From contig OY970368.1 in the NCBI GenBank assembly GCA_963718615.1, forward strand, positions 1,760,001 through 1,824,000: a DNA stretch of 64,000 bases, in the 5' to 3' direction. Below are positions 42,769 to 50,067 of the stretch, piece after piece (the first letter of the stretch is position 1; each line of letters opens with the position of its first letter). A program made the translations under genes and the position numbers. The notes under the pieces are model-generated. The model ran no database searches. It saw only the letters and a list, made by a program, of their open reading frames with translations, and was not told where the DNA came from. The DNA comes from an uncultured cyanobacterium. GTDB taxonomy: Bacteria > Cyanobacteriota > Cyanobacteriia > PCC-9006 > JAAUQQ01.

Positions 42769-43182
42769 CTACAGCAGACTGAGCTGGGCTTCTTTGACCT
42801 TCCGAGTTTTCCACCCTCGGATCATCTTCAAAATTGAATCAGCACTCTGACCACGGGCGATCGCTTTCTCTACGGCGATCGCCCGTTGTTGTGCGATGGG
42901 GTTGCTCACATTGCCGCCGGGAATGTGGATGGAGTGGACAACCTTATGGCCAGCCCAGACCTGGTAACGGAAATACAGCACCCCATTGGTACCACCGGGG
43001 AGCTTGTGTAAGGCATGACCGACGCTGAGCGTAGGAGGCTCCGTAGAGCTAACGAACGACTCTCGATCGGTTTTGCGCCGCATAGGATGAGGGGTGATGC
43101 TTTGATCACCCTCGCCAGGTGCGGCGGCGCTAGAATTCGTTAGCAACGGTGGGACAGGGGTTTGGGGGTTTGGTGTGTTCAT
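42769..43182 (-). CDS. Hypothetical protein
   Basis: YFRY.W...HIPGGN..N..A..RA..V..AI; last gene of the leftward operon. Confidence 0.55.
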   Translation of the reverse strand: MNTPNPQTPVPPLLTNSSAAAPGEGDQSITPHPMRRKTDRESFVSSTEPPTLSVGHALHKLPGGTNGVLYFRYQVWAGHKVVHSIHIPGGNVSNPIAQQRAIAVEKAIARGQSADSILKMIRGWKTRKVKEAQLSLL

Positions 43183-43289
43183 TTCACGATGTCCTGAGAA
43201 AGTGTTTAAGCGCTGTTTGATGGCTTAGCCCATTTCTACCGTTTAAATCGCTGAACTGCTTGCTGGGTGTGCGTTTCGCTACTTAAACG

Positions 43290-43676
43290 CTATTCGGCTT
43301 CAAGGGAACTGAGGAAATATTCATAGACGCCCTGACAGGAGCTGGGCTTGACTTCGAGGCTGTCCGCTGCCTCACTGAATGACCGCATCCAATCCAGGTA
43401 GTCAGCTTTCTGACCGGCCTGAGCGTCTTTTGTGGCCAGGTTGGCGGCCATGCTGTTAGCGACGGTTGGCGATTCGGTGCATTTGCTGGCGATCGCGTTG
43501 AACTGCTCGACATAGGGGGCGATCGCCTTGGGGTCCGCAGGGTCTTTGCCGTCACGCTTGGCCATGACTTGAGCGAATTCCTCTGACTTCATCTCTTGCA
43601 CCCTGGGACCAGGCGCAACCGGGGAATTGCAGGCGGTCAACAGCAGGGCGAGGGTAGCGACGGTAAGAATTTTCAT
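43290..43676 (-). CDS. Putative lipoprotein
   Basis: Signal peptide with lipobox LLLTA-C. Confidence 0.7.
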   Translation of the reverse strand: MKILTVATLALLLTACNSPVAPGPRVQEMKSEEFAQVMAKRDGKDPADPKAIAPYVEQFNAIASKCTESPTVANSMAANLATKDAQAGQKADYLDWMRSFSEAADSLEVKPSSCQGVYEYFLSSLEAE

Positions 43677-43679
43677 GGG

Positions 43680-44615
43680 TTAGGCCAGTTGTTGTGCTTC
43701 CAGAATGCCCAGCTCTGGACCCGCGAGACCGTAGGGGATGCCGAGGCGATCGCATTCCTCCCGCACCTTGGCACGCTGCCCAGGGAATGCCCGCCACTTG
43801 GCTGCAAGGCGAGCGGCTTGAGCTTCAGCAGTGGGCGGCGCGGTGGGAACCGGCGGCGGCAGCTCTGGCCAGAGGGCACCCGCGAGAATGCGATCTGCCA
43901 CAGTGGGCGGGGCTTGCTGACTGGCTTGAAATTCTGCCCAGAGAGCGGGGCGCTGCTTGGCGATCCAAGATTCAGCAGCGGCGTGGGGGGACTGGGGAGG
44001 CTGAGGGAAGCGCCGCACCTTGGCCAGGACGAAATTAAAAAATTCGGGGTCAGCGGCGGCGGCGGAAAATTTGCCACCGGCAGTTTGAGCAGCCTTAGAC
44101 CGGGGTGTGTTTTGGGGAGCTGATACCGCAACCGGGGTACTGAAGCTTCTCCGGACTGGGTTCGGTTCCGGTTCGATCGCGTGCGCTTCTCTCTCTCTTT
44201 TTATTGTCTTAGAGTCTTTAAATTCTTTATTGTTTGAGGACTCTTCAAAGCCAGTGTTTAAGCGGGTTTCAGAGGTTGGATGTTCACCAGCGTGAACGTC
44301 TTGTTCACCAGCGTGAACGTCTTGTTCACCAGCGTGAACGTCTTGTTCACCAGCGTGAACGTCTTGTTCACCAGCGTGAACGAGCCAGCCCTTTGCATCC
44401 AGTGATTTTAGAGCGGCACTGATACCGCTTTTGGCCAATCCCGTTGCACGGGCGATCGCAGTCGGACCAGGGCGATCGCCACGGCAAAACGGGTCATGGG
44501 CTTTGAGGTAGAGATAGACAATGATCTCTACCTTGGAAAGCTCGGAAAGCTTGCAGACCGTGGATTCCGTGAGGCGATAGTGTTTCACTGTGGCGGTTCC
44601 TCCACTTGAAACCAC
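43680..44615 (-). CDS. Putative replication initiator (N-terminal HTH, internal iterons)
   Basis: VYLYLK...IARATGLAKSGISAALKSL..KGWL winged-HTH, followed by HAGEQDV repeats and an AT-rich tract. Confidence 0.7.
   Translation of the reverse strand: MVSSGGTATVKHYRLTESTVCKLSELSKVEIIVYLYLKAHDPFCRGDRPGPTAIARATGLAKSGISAALKSLDAKGWLVHAGEQDVHAGEQDVHAGEQDVHAGEQDVHAGEHPTSETRLNTGFEESSNNKEFKDSKTIKREREAHAIEPEPNPVRRSFSTPVAVSAPQNTPRSKAAQTAGGKFSAAAADPEFFNFVLAKVRRFPQPPQSPHAAAESWIAKQRPALWAEFQASQQAPPTVADRILAGALWPELPPPVPTAPPTAEAQAARLAAKWRAFPGQRAKVREECDRLGIPYGLAGPELGILEAQQLA
44281..44382. repeat. 21-bp tandem repeat x~5 with internal palindrome (candidate ori iterons)
   Basis: Unit tgttcaccagcgtgaacgtct (gttcac-N4-gtgaac): four full identical copies plus one 18-bp copy. 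Confidence 0.9.
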
Positions 44616-44770
44616 CAGCCCTCACCATTGACACAACGAAGCCCCAACGCACCGCGCCGATTACCGCCCATGCGTTGCGCCGCCCAGGCGATGAGCATGA
44701 GCAGCTCGGTTTCGCTCAGGTAAAACACGGTCTCGGGACCGCTGACAAACTCTTTGATTTCCTTTCTCAT
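44585..44770 (-). CDS. Small hypothetical protein
   Basis: ATG at 44770 with RBS ggag; overlaps the rep start. Confidence 0.45.
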   Translation of the reverse strand: MRKEIKEFVSGPETVFYLSETELLMLIAWAAQRMGGNRRGALGLRCVNGEGWWFQVEEPPQ

Positions 44771-44812
44771 GGGTGCTCCAAACGACAAAGCCGTAACCCC
44801 AATGGGTTACGG

Positions 44813-45040
44813 CTACTCTTCCTCTTCAGTTTCAACGCTTGCGACTTCAGCGGCTAGGGCTTCGAGTTGTTGGAGCTGGTGCTTTAACTCTTCCAGTGCA
44901 GCAGCGTGAGCGGCGATCGCCTGCTCTTCAGTTGCAATCAGATGGCGCGTTGATTCGATCTGACTGCAAAGAATTCCCCCAGCATTTTCCCCGCTGAGGG
45001 CATCAACACCGCATCCTCTTGAGCCAAGGCCCTGAACCAC
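44813..45040 (-). CDS. Acidic coiled-coil hypothetical protein
   Basis: Heptad C-terminus (EEQAIAAHAAALEELKHQLQQLE); start uncertain, overlaps the upstream regulator. Confidence 0.4.
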   Translation of the reverse strand: MVQGLGSRGCGVDALSGENAGGILCSQIESTRHLIATEEQAIAAHAAALEELKHQLQQLEALAAEVASVETEEEE

Positions 45041-45186
45041 TGAGTTCGGTTGCTGAATCCGTGAATCTTGGCCTTTTCCTGAAGCTTCTCCCACAAGCTC
45101 CTTTCTATCTGGACTGTCCCGTTTACCGTGTCTTCCCCGAGCACCTTGGGGCGACCGGGACCCCTCTTTTTCTCCGATTTGGACAT
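44938..45186 (-). CDS. Putative small DNA-binding repressor (GRPK hook + ribbon-helix-helix-like)
   Basis: KRGPGRPK...TVQIERSLWEKL...FSNRTQWFR; first gene after the leftward promoter. Confidence 0.55.
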   Translation of the reverse strand: MSKSEKKRGPGRPKVLGEDTVNGTVQIERSLWEKLQEKAKIHGFSNRTQWFRALAQEDAVLMPSAGKMLGEFFAVRSNQRAI

Positions 45187-45213
45187 ATTTACTGGGCATT
45201 CACTACACCTCAT

Positions 45214-45292
45214 TTTTGCACGTGGATAAAAGGGGATTGACTTAAAGTTATCCCACGTGGATAATGCTGTCAAAGGTTTTCCACGTGCGAAA
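45214..45292. promoter_or_regulatory. Overlapping divergent sigma70-type promoters with three CACGTG-centred operators
   Basis: Plus strand TTGACT(45237)-17-GATAAT(45260); minus strand TTGACA(45273)-17-TAACTT(45250); CACGTG at 45219, 45254 and 45282. Confidence 0.75.
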
Positions 45293-45877
45293 ACCAATAA
45301 AACCGAATACCGGGCACCCGCACGGCAGCGAGTACAACAACTTGCTGATGGGGTTGGACTCCCCAGGCCCTTCCCCCCCCTAAGGCCCCGCACCATTGAC
45401 CGCCTGAATTCCCATCAGCCTCGGTGAAATTATTGACCGCCTGATGTCAGCCTCGGTGAAAGAGCGCGCGGGAGCTGCAAACCGAATCATTTCTAGTTTG
45501 GTGAGTGCTTGCTCACCGGGCACAGGATTGTTTTGTCTATGCACTTTGAAATCTGGAGAATGGGCGAAAACGCCTGTAACCTATACGGCGCAAGCCCTCA
45601 CAGCAGACTGCACAAGCTGTTAGATGCCGCCCCAACCGGGCGCTATCACATCAAACAAATACCACCGGCAAGGGATAGGGAGGACCGCGACCAGGGCAAC
45701 GCAAACCCCCGACGGACCGAAGCATCCTAGGATCTCCGTCAATCTGAACCAGCGGCGTGAACAACGCGCCGCGCCCTGCTCAAACTTGAGCCACGACCGC
45801 CACGATCACCAACAAAAAAGGGCCAGAAGGCCCAAAGTGTTGTCTACAAGCTGCTTGAAGCAATTACCAAAACCACT

Positions 45878-46357
45878 ATGACCCAAGAAACACCGGAAAC
45901 ACCGCGTAATTACGAGGAATTGACCCAGTTATGGGGCATTGACATCGAATCGCTCAAGAAAGCTCGCACCAAGGCCGAATTAGTCGAGGGCGTGCATTTC
46001 ATCCGCAAGCCTGAGGAGCAAGGGCGGCTCTATTTCACCTCCGAAGGCCAGGACGCGATGGCTAAAGCCCTTGGCATTGCGCCGATGGCGGAATGTTCGG
46101 ACCTTGGCTCCGAACATTTGGAGGGCGGCTCCGAACATTTGGACATTCCCGAGACCATGGGGGAAGCGATGGCGAGTCAGTTTGCCTATCCAGCGGCGAT
46201 CGCCTTCTTCCAGCACTTCCCCGCTGCGGTTGCTCGGGAGGTCCGACGCATGATCCAATCGCCCTCCGATGAAGAGAAACCCATTGTCTATGGGGCCATG
46301 CAGCTTGCTATGGGAGCGGCTACCGACCCAAAAGGCTACTTGGAGGGCAAATCATGA
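45878..46357 (+). CDS. Hypothetical protein, possible N-terminal HTH/excisionase-like DNA-binding domain
   Basis: YEELTQLWGIDIESLKK...EGVHF...RLYFT..G pattern. Confidence 0.55.
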   Translation: MTQETPETPRNYEELTQLWGIDIESLKKARTKAELVEGVHFIRKPEEQGRLYFTSEGQDAMAKALGIAPMAECSDLGSEHLEGGSEHLDIPETMGEAMASQFAYPAAIAFFQHFPAAVAREVRRMIQSPSDEEKPIVYGAMQLAMGAATDPKGYLEGKS

Positions 46358-46698
46358 GGCATCCAGAGCTTGATGATACCGCTGTTCCCTCATGGGCATT
46401 TGGTCACCAGCAACCCTACATGGCCGTTGGACAGCCCTATGCCCCGGTCGCCCCTGTCTATCAGCAACCACCGAGCAAGGCCCCCGCCTCCGCTCCTAAT
46501 GGGGTTGGGTCGATTCTTTGCATGGCGCTGAGTGCGTTTGTCGCTGGGGCGGCGATCGCCTCAGTCTTTGCCTACCAGGCCCCAAGCGCTGTTAGTGCTC
46601 GGGAGCTGGAACAGCGCGCTGCCATGGAATCCCAGCGGGCCGCTCAGTACCAAGACCGTTTGCTTCAAGTTCGTAACGTTGCTTGTGAGACTTATTAG
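46354..46698 (+). CDS. Single-TM hypothetical protein
   Basis: Hydrophobic helix ILCMALSAFVAGAAIASVF plus coiled-coil; atga overlap. Confidence 0.65.
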   Translation: MRHPELDDTAVPSWAFGHQQPYMAVGQPYAPVAPVYQQPPSKAPASAPNGVGSILCMALSAFVAGAAIASVFAYQAPSAVSARELEQRAAMESQRAAQYQDRLLQVRNVACETY

Positions 46699-46700
46699 CG

Positions 46701-47201
46701 ATGTCCATATTCAATAAACTGACCACCCTAGGCCGAGGGTCTAGCGCCAAGATTGGAGGCCATGCCCTCAGAGATTCTTCTGTGATGGCACCGACTACCC
46801 CAGGGGCAATCAATCCCATGAACCCCGGCGCAATGGCTCACGCTCGGTCTGTGCCCATCATTCGTCAGCCCCGCTACTTCAAGCCAGGGGAAGACCAGGC
46901 GCTTCAAGAATTCGCCTATGCCAAGCGCCAACAGCTTGCGGCATCACGGCGAGCCTATAAAGCCCTGGAGTCGGTGGAACACTCCGATGCTGAACTGACA
47001 GCAACCCATCGGCAATACGAGGCCACCGTTGCTGATGGGGAGCTTCATAAGAAAGCCGCTGATGTGAAGTACGCACGGCATCTTCACCACCAGCGCCCTC
47101 AATACGCCATGCTCAATCAGGCCGTGGCTACGGCACGGGTTGAGGCGGGCTCAACCATTGGGCGCTACATGGCCACCGTTCAGCAGCTAGCAGGAGCATA
47201 G
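46701..47201 (+). CDS. Helical hypothetical protein
   Basis: Tightly packed within the operon. Confidence 0.65.
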   Translation: MSIFNKLTTLGRGSSAKIGGHALRDSSVMAPTTPGAINPMNPGAMAHARSVPIIRQPRYFKPGEDQALQEFAYAKRQQLAASRRAYKALESVEHSDAELTATHRQYEATVADGELHKKAADVKYARHLHHQRPQYAMLNQAVATARVEAGSTIGRYMATVQQLAGA

Positions 47202-47204
47202 ACC

Positions 47205-47480
47205 ATGAAGGCGATGCACCTGACGAGCTTGTTCTTGATGGCGTGCATCGCCTCTAGCGGGCTTGCTTGGTTGGCTGGAGTTGCGCCGCCGTTGGGGCGA
47301 ACTGTGGGTTTTCTGTATTCCCTCACGGCGATCGCCTGGGTCGCCTGTTGGGTCCTCGATGAGCCGATCCAGCGTTATTTGGCGGTCGATGAGATGACCT
47401 ACCAGGCGCTGCTGATTGGGTTTGCGATCGCTGTCCTGTTGGGAGGTCTAGCGCGGCTATGCCTGACATTGCTTGGATGA
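47205..47480 (+). CDS. Small 3-TM membrane protein
   Basis: RBS aggag; three hydrophobic segments. Confidence 0.65.
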   Translation: MKAMHLTSLFLMACIASSGLAWLAGVAPPLGRTVGFLYSLTAIAWVACWVLDEPIQRYLAVDEMTYQALLIGFAIAVLLGGLARLCLTLLG

Positions 47481-47947
47481 AAACCAGTGCCTTTCTGGCT
47501 GCATCATCAGCCCTTTGGGTTGCATCGATGTCCCCAGCGGTACCGCTGCCCACTCAGGCGCTGTGCTTGGTTGGGGCGCTGGCTACCTGCGGGTTTGCCG
47601 TATCGGAATCCCGGCGCTCTATTCCTTCCGCCATTCAGCAGCGGGTGCGGGCTGGATTGGATATGCAGATGATGCAGCAGGAGATGGCGATCGCCGCCTC
47701 ATCCATGGAACAGGCCATCATGAGCCAGTACTTTCCCGGCATGGTGGAGCATCCACAAGCCGCGCGCGAGCAGCTTGAGCAGATGTACGCCGCGAGCCCT
47801 GAATGCAGCCCTGAGCTATACCGAGCGGTGAAGATGCTGGCCAACTCTGGCTACTCCCACGAGGGCATTGCACGGGAGATTTTAGGCGTTGAGGACGTTG
47901 CCAAGGTTGGACGAATTTTGAAGTTTGGAGAGGAGCAAGGATGGTAG
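47477..47947 (+). CDS. 2-TM protein with C-terminal HTH-like segment
   Basis: Hydrophobic N-terminus; GYSHEGIAREILG. Confidence 0.6.
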   Translation: MKTSAFLAASSALWVASMSPAVPLPTQALCLVGALATCGFAVSESRRSIPSAIQQRVRAGLDMQMMQQEMAIAASSMEQAIMSQYFPGMVEHPQAAREQLEQMYAASPECSPELYRAVKMLANSGYSHEGIAREILGVEDVAKVGRILKFGEEQGW

Positions 47948-48243
47948 ACCACGTAAGACTTTCAGAGACATCGCCCTTTTTTGAGGCGTTTGGCGGTTCG
48001 CTGCCAATTCGCTTCGGCGGCCCGGTTTATCAGGTCGATTTGGATCGCTGTACCGGCGTTCAGATTGAGGCGCTGGCTCGCATTGGCCAGCAACTGCTTG
48101 ATGAGGATGATGAGTTGCGGGATAAATCGGTCGCGGTCGTTGCCCAAAGCTTTTATACGGTCGGAGTGAATGTGAAAATGACCCACATCCACCCCGCTGT
48201 TAATCAGGCTTTCGCAGCCCTGGAGAATCATGATGCTTTCTGA
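47941..48243 (+). CDS. Hypothetical protein
   Basis: RBS gagga; coupled. Confidence 0.55.
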   Translation: MVDHVRLSETSPFFEAFGGSLPIRFGGPVYQVDLDRCTGVQIEALARIGQQLLDEDDELRDKSVAVVAQSFYTVGVNVKMTHIHPAVNQAFAALENHDAF

Positions 48244-48568
48244 TGTTCGCTACGGTTCCCGGCTCAATGGCACCTATATCGAGGTGGGGGGCGATTTAGA
48301 GCCCGGTGATAGCGCGATGGATTGTCTTAATCAGCTTCAAGTTCTAGTCGAGCGGGAGCTACACCGCTATGCGCCGCGTGAGTTCTGCGAAATCAACCAT
48401 GTCGATCCAACCAAGACCGGCAGCTTAACCAACCGCATGAGCATCAAAATGCAGCGGGCGCGGCTTGAGGTCGATTGCCTTCATGGGCGTGAGCAGTTGA
48501 TTTCCGATCTGACGCTCATTTTGACCCGTGGCCATGAACTTTTGAAGCAGCTAAACAAAACCGCCTGA
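48230..48568 (+). CDS. Hypothetical protein
   Basis: RBS ggag; coupled; last gene before the ncRNA. Confidence 0.55.
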   Translation: MMLSDVRYGSRLNGTYIEVGGDLEPGDSAMDCLNQLQVLVERELHRYAPREFCEINHVDPTKTGSLTNRMSIKMQRARLEVDCLHGREQLISDLTLILTRGHELLKQLNKTA

Positions 48569-48579
48569 CGAGCGCCGCC

Positions 48580-48845
48580 GGACACGCGGCGCGAAACGGG
48601 GAACGCTTCCCCGTCGCGGATGGTGTCCAAAGCCGCCGCACGTATGAGAGAGGCTTATTGACTTACCGGCATCCTGGGTTAGGTGCATCTGCCAGACGAG
48701 GCTTGAGAGGATATCGGGCCTCTCTCTTGTAGCAGCATCTAATTAGGAAGCTTTTTAACATATCGGCAACCTCATGCGTCAAATCCCATGGCTTAAGGGG
48801 TATTTGGGCTCTTTTTTGGAGCCTTTAGAGGATATCGGTACGCAA
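48580..48845 (+). ncRNA. Putative bridge RNA with 5' stem-loop and three guide-bearing modules
   Basis: 5' hairpin ggacac..acggggaa/ttccccgt..gtgtcc (48580-48628); stems gagagaggc/gcctctctc and tgcgt/acgca; three ...TAtcgg modules whose variable parts match the element junctions. Confidence 0.8.
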
Positions 48846-48856
48846 AGGGGATCCAA

Positions 48857-50020
48857 TTGAAGATTTTAGGGATTGATGTCTCTAGGGGAAGCATTACCGT
48901 ATGCCCCCTGGAGATTTTGCCGCGCGAATTTAAGCGCTATCGCGAGGGAATTGAGAAATTTACCCTCAGCGTCGAGGGTGTCGAGGGCTTGCTGGCCATG
49001 GGCGCGAGTGGCGCGATACTGGAGCCAACCGGTGGCCATTACTCGCGGCTATGGGCGCTTAAGCTGGAAGCGGCGGGCGTAGTGGTCCGATGGGTTGAGC
49101 ATGGGGCGATTGATGCCTACCGCAAATCTCACCGATGCCCGAATAAGTCAGACCTACATGACGCCGTAGCGCTTGCCTGCTATGGGCTGGAGAACTGGGA
49201 GAGGCTTGAGTATTTCATCAGACCTAGCGACCTGGTGCTGAAAGAACACTGCTTAGCGATTCAGCACCTTAATCGCTCGGTCAATGGCTCGGTCAATCGC
49301 CTTAAGCAGCAACTCAACCATGAGTGGCCAGAGGTTGCACGCTTTACCGCCGCGACCAAATGGGGCGAGGAACCGCCGCCGCTACTGAGATACATTGCAG
49401 GGGAAGAGACCCGATCCAAATGGGGCGATATTGCAGCAGACAGCATCGGGACCGGCATTGGGCGTTTTTCTCGGATGCTTGCCCAGCAAGTCTGTATGCA
49501 GCAACGGCACCGGGCAGAGATTGAGCGAGCGATTGAGCTTGAGATTGAGCGCGAAGACTTCAAACCCTACCGGCTCGCTATGGAGCGCTGCGGAATTACC
49601 GCCTATCGCTGCATGGCGGCGCTGATTGTGGCCCTCTACCCGTTTGAGCGCTTTCTGAAGGATGGCAGGATCATCTATGAGCGCATCGAAACCAAGACCG
49701 GTAAGCGGGCGCGGCGCAATCGTTCCCGCGCGGCGTTTAAGCTGGCTTGCGGATTGGGAATGATTTGGTATCAGAGCGGTGATAAGCAGGGGTTTAGACC
49801 CGGTGGATCATCTGAAGCCAGGAAAGCGCTGTATTTGTGGGCGCGTATGGCGATCGTGATTCGGGCGGGGCTTCAAACCCAAGAGACAAACCCGTTCATT
49901 CTGGAAATGCAGGACTACTATCGATCCAATACCGCACCGACAAAGCAGAAGATTCAAAGAACGGTGCGACGCGTGCTCGATAGGTTGTTTGTAGAATTGG
50001 TTCGGGAGTTTGAGCGTTAG
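48857..50020 (+). CDS. IS110-family (DEDD RuvC-like + Ser) recombinase
   Basis: ILGIDVS, LEPTG, KSDLHDA (DEDD) and C-terminal CGL...YQSG...G...RKALY; TTG start after aaagggg. Confidence 0.9.
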   Translation: MKILGIDVSRGSITVCPLEILPREFKRYREGIEKFTLSVEGVEGLLAMGASGAILEPTGGHYSRLWALKLEAAGVVVRWVEHGAIDAYRKSHRCPNKSDLHDAVALACYGLENWERLEYFIRPSDLVLKEHCLAIQHLNRSVNGSVNRLKQQLNHEWPEVARFTAATKWGEEPPPLLRYIAGEETRSKWGDIAADSIGTGIGRFSRMLAQQVCMQQRHRAEIERAIELEIEREDFKPYRLAMERCGITAYRCMAALIVALYPFERFLKDGRIIYERIETKTGKRARRNRSRAAFKLACGLGMIWYQSGDKQGFRPGGSSEARKALYLWARMAIVIRAGLQTQETNPFILEMQDYYRSNTAPTKQKIQRTVRRVLDRLFVELVREFER

Positions 50021-50032
50021 GGCGTATGTTAA
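50019..50032 (+). other. Right junction (attR): element agggcg + core TA + host tgttaa
   Basis: TAtgttaataag matches the reverse complement of 48751-48762 at 11/12; agggcgTA matches aggg-gTA at 48796-48802. Confidence 0.8.
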
Positions 50033-50067
50033 TAAGTGCTGTTCATCCAGTCGGGATCACTTTGCGT

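Larger units (their letters stand above)
31502..50026. mobile_element. Integrated prophage-like element (~18.5 kb; ~15.9 kb without nested IS21) bounded by TA cores, carrying an IS110-family recombinase with bridge-like RNA
   Basis: Block of phage-type and orphan genes between conserved host genes. Both junctions (31496-31511 and 50017-50036) match guide-like segments in the RNA region before the IS110 gene, all anchored on TA. Confidence 0.85.

Noticed and set aside
44281-44382. Palindromic 21-bp repeats as a CRISPR array
   Set aside because: Units are directly adjacent with no spacers, lie in frame within a CDS, and no cas genes are present.
48570-50024. IS110 as a stand-alone IS that landed at the prophage edge
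   Set aside because: I saw no TAtcctct left-end sequence just upstream of the RNA; the matching end is at 31502. This was checked by eye only, so a full scan is still advisable.
50026-50067. ATG at 50026 as the glycosyltransferase start
   Set aside because: It overlaps the recombination core and has no clear RBS; ATG 50068 is more plausible.
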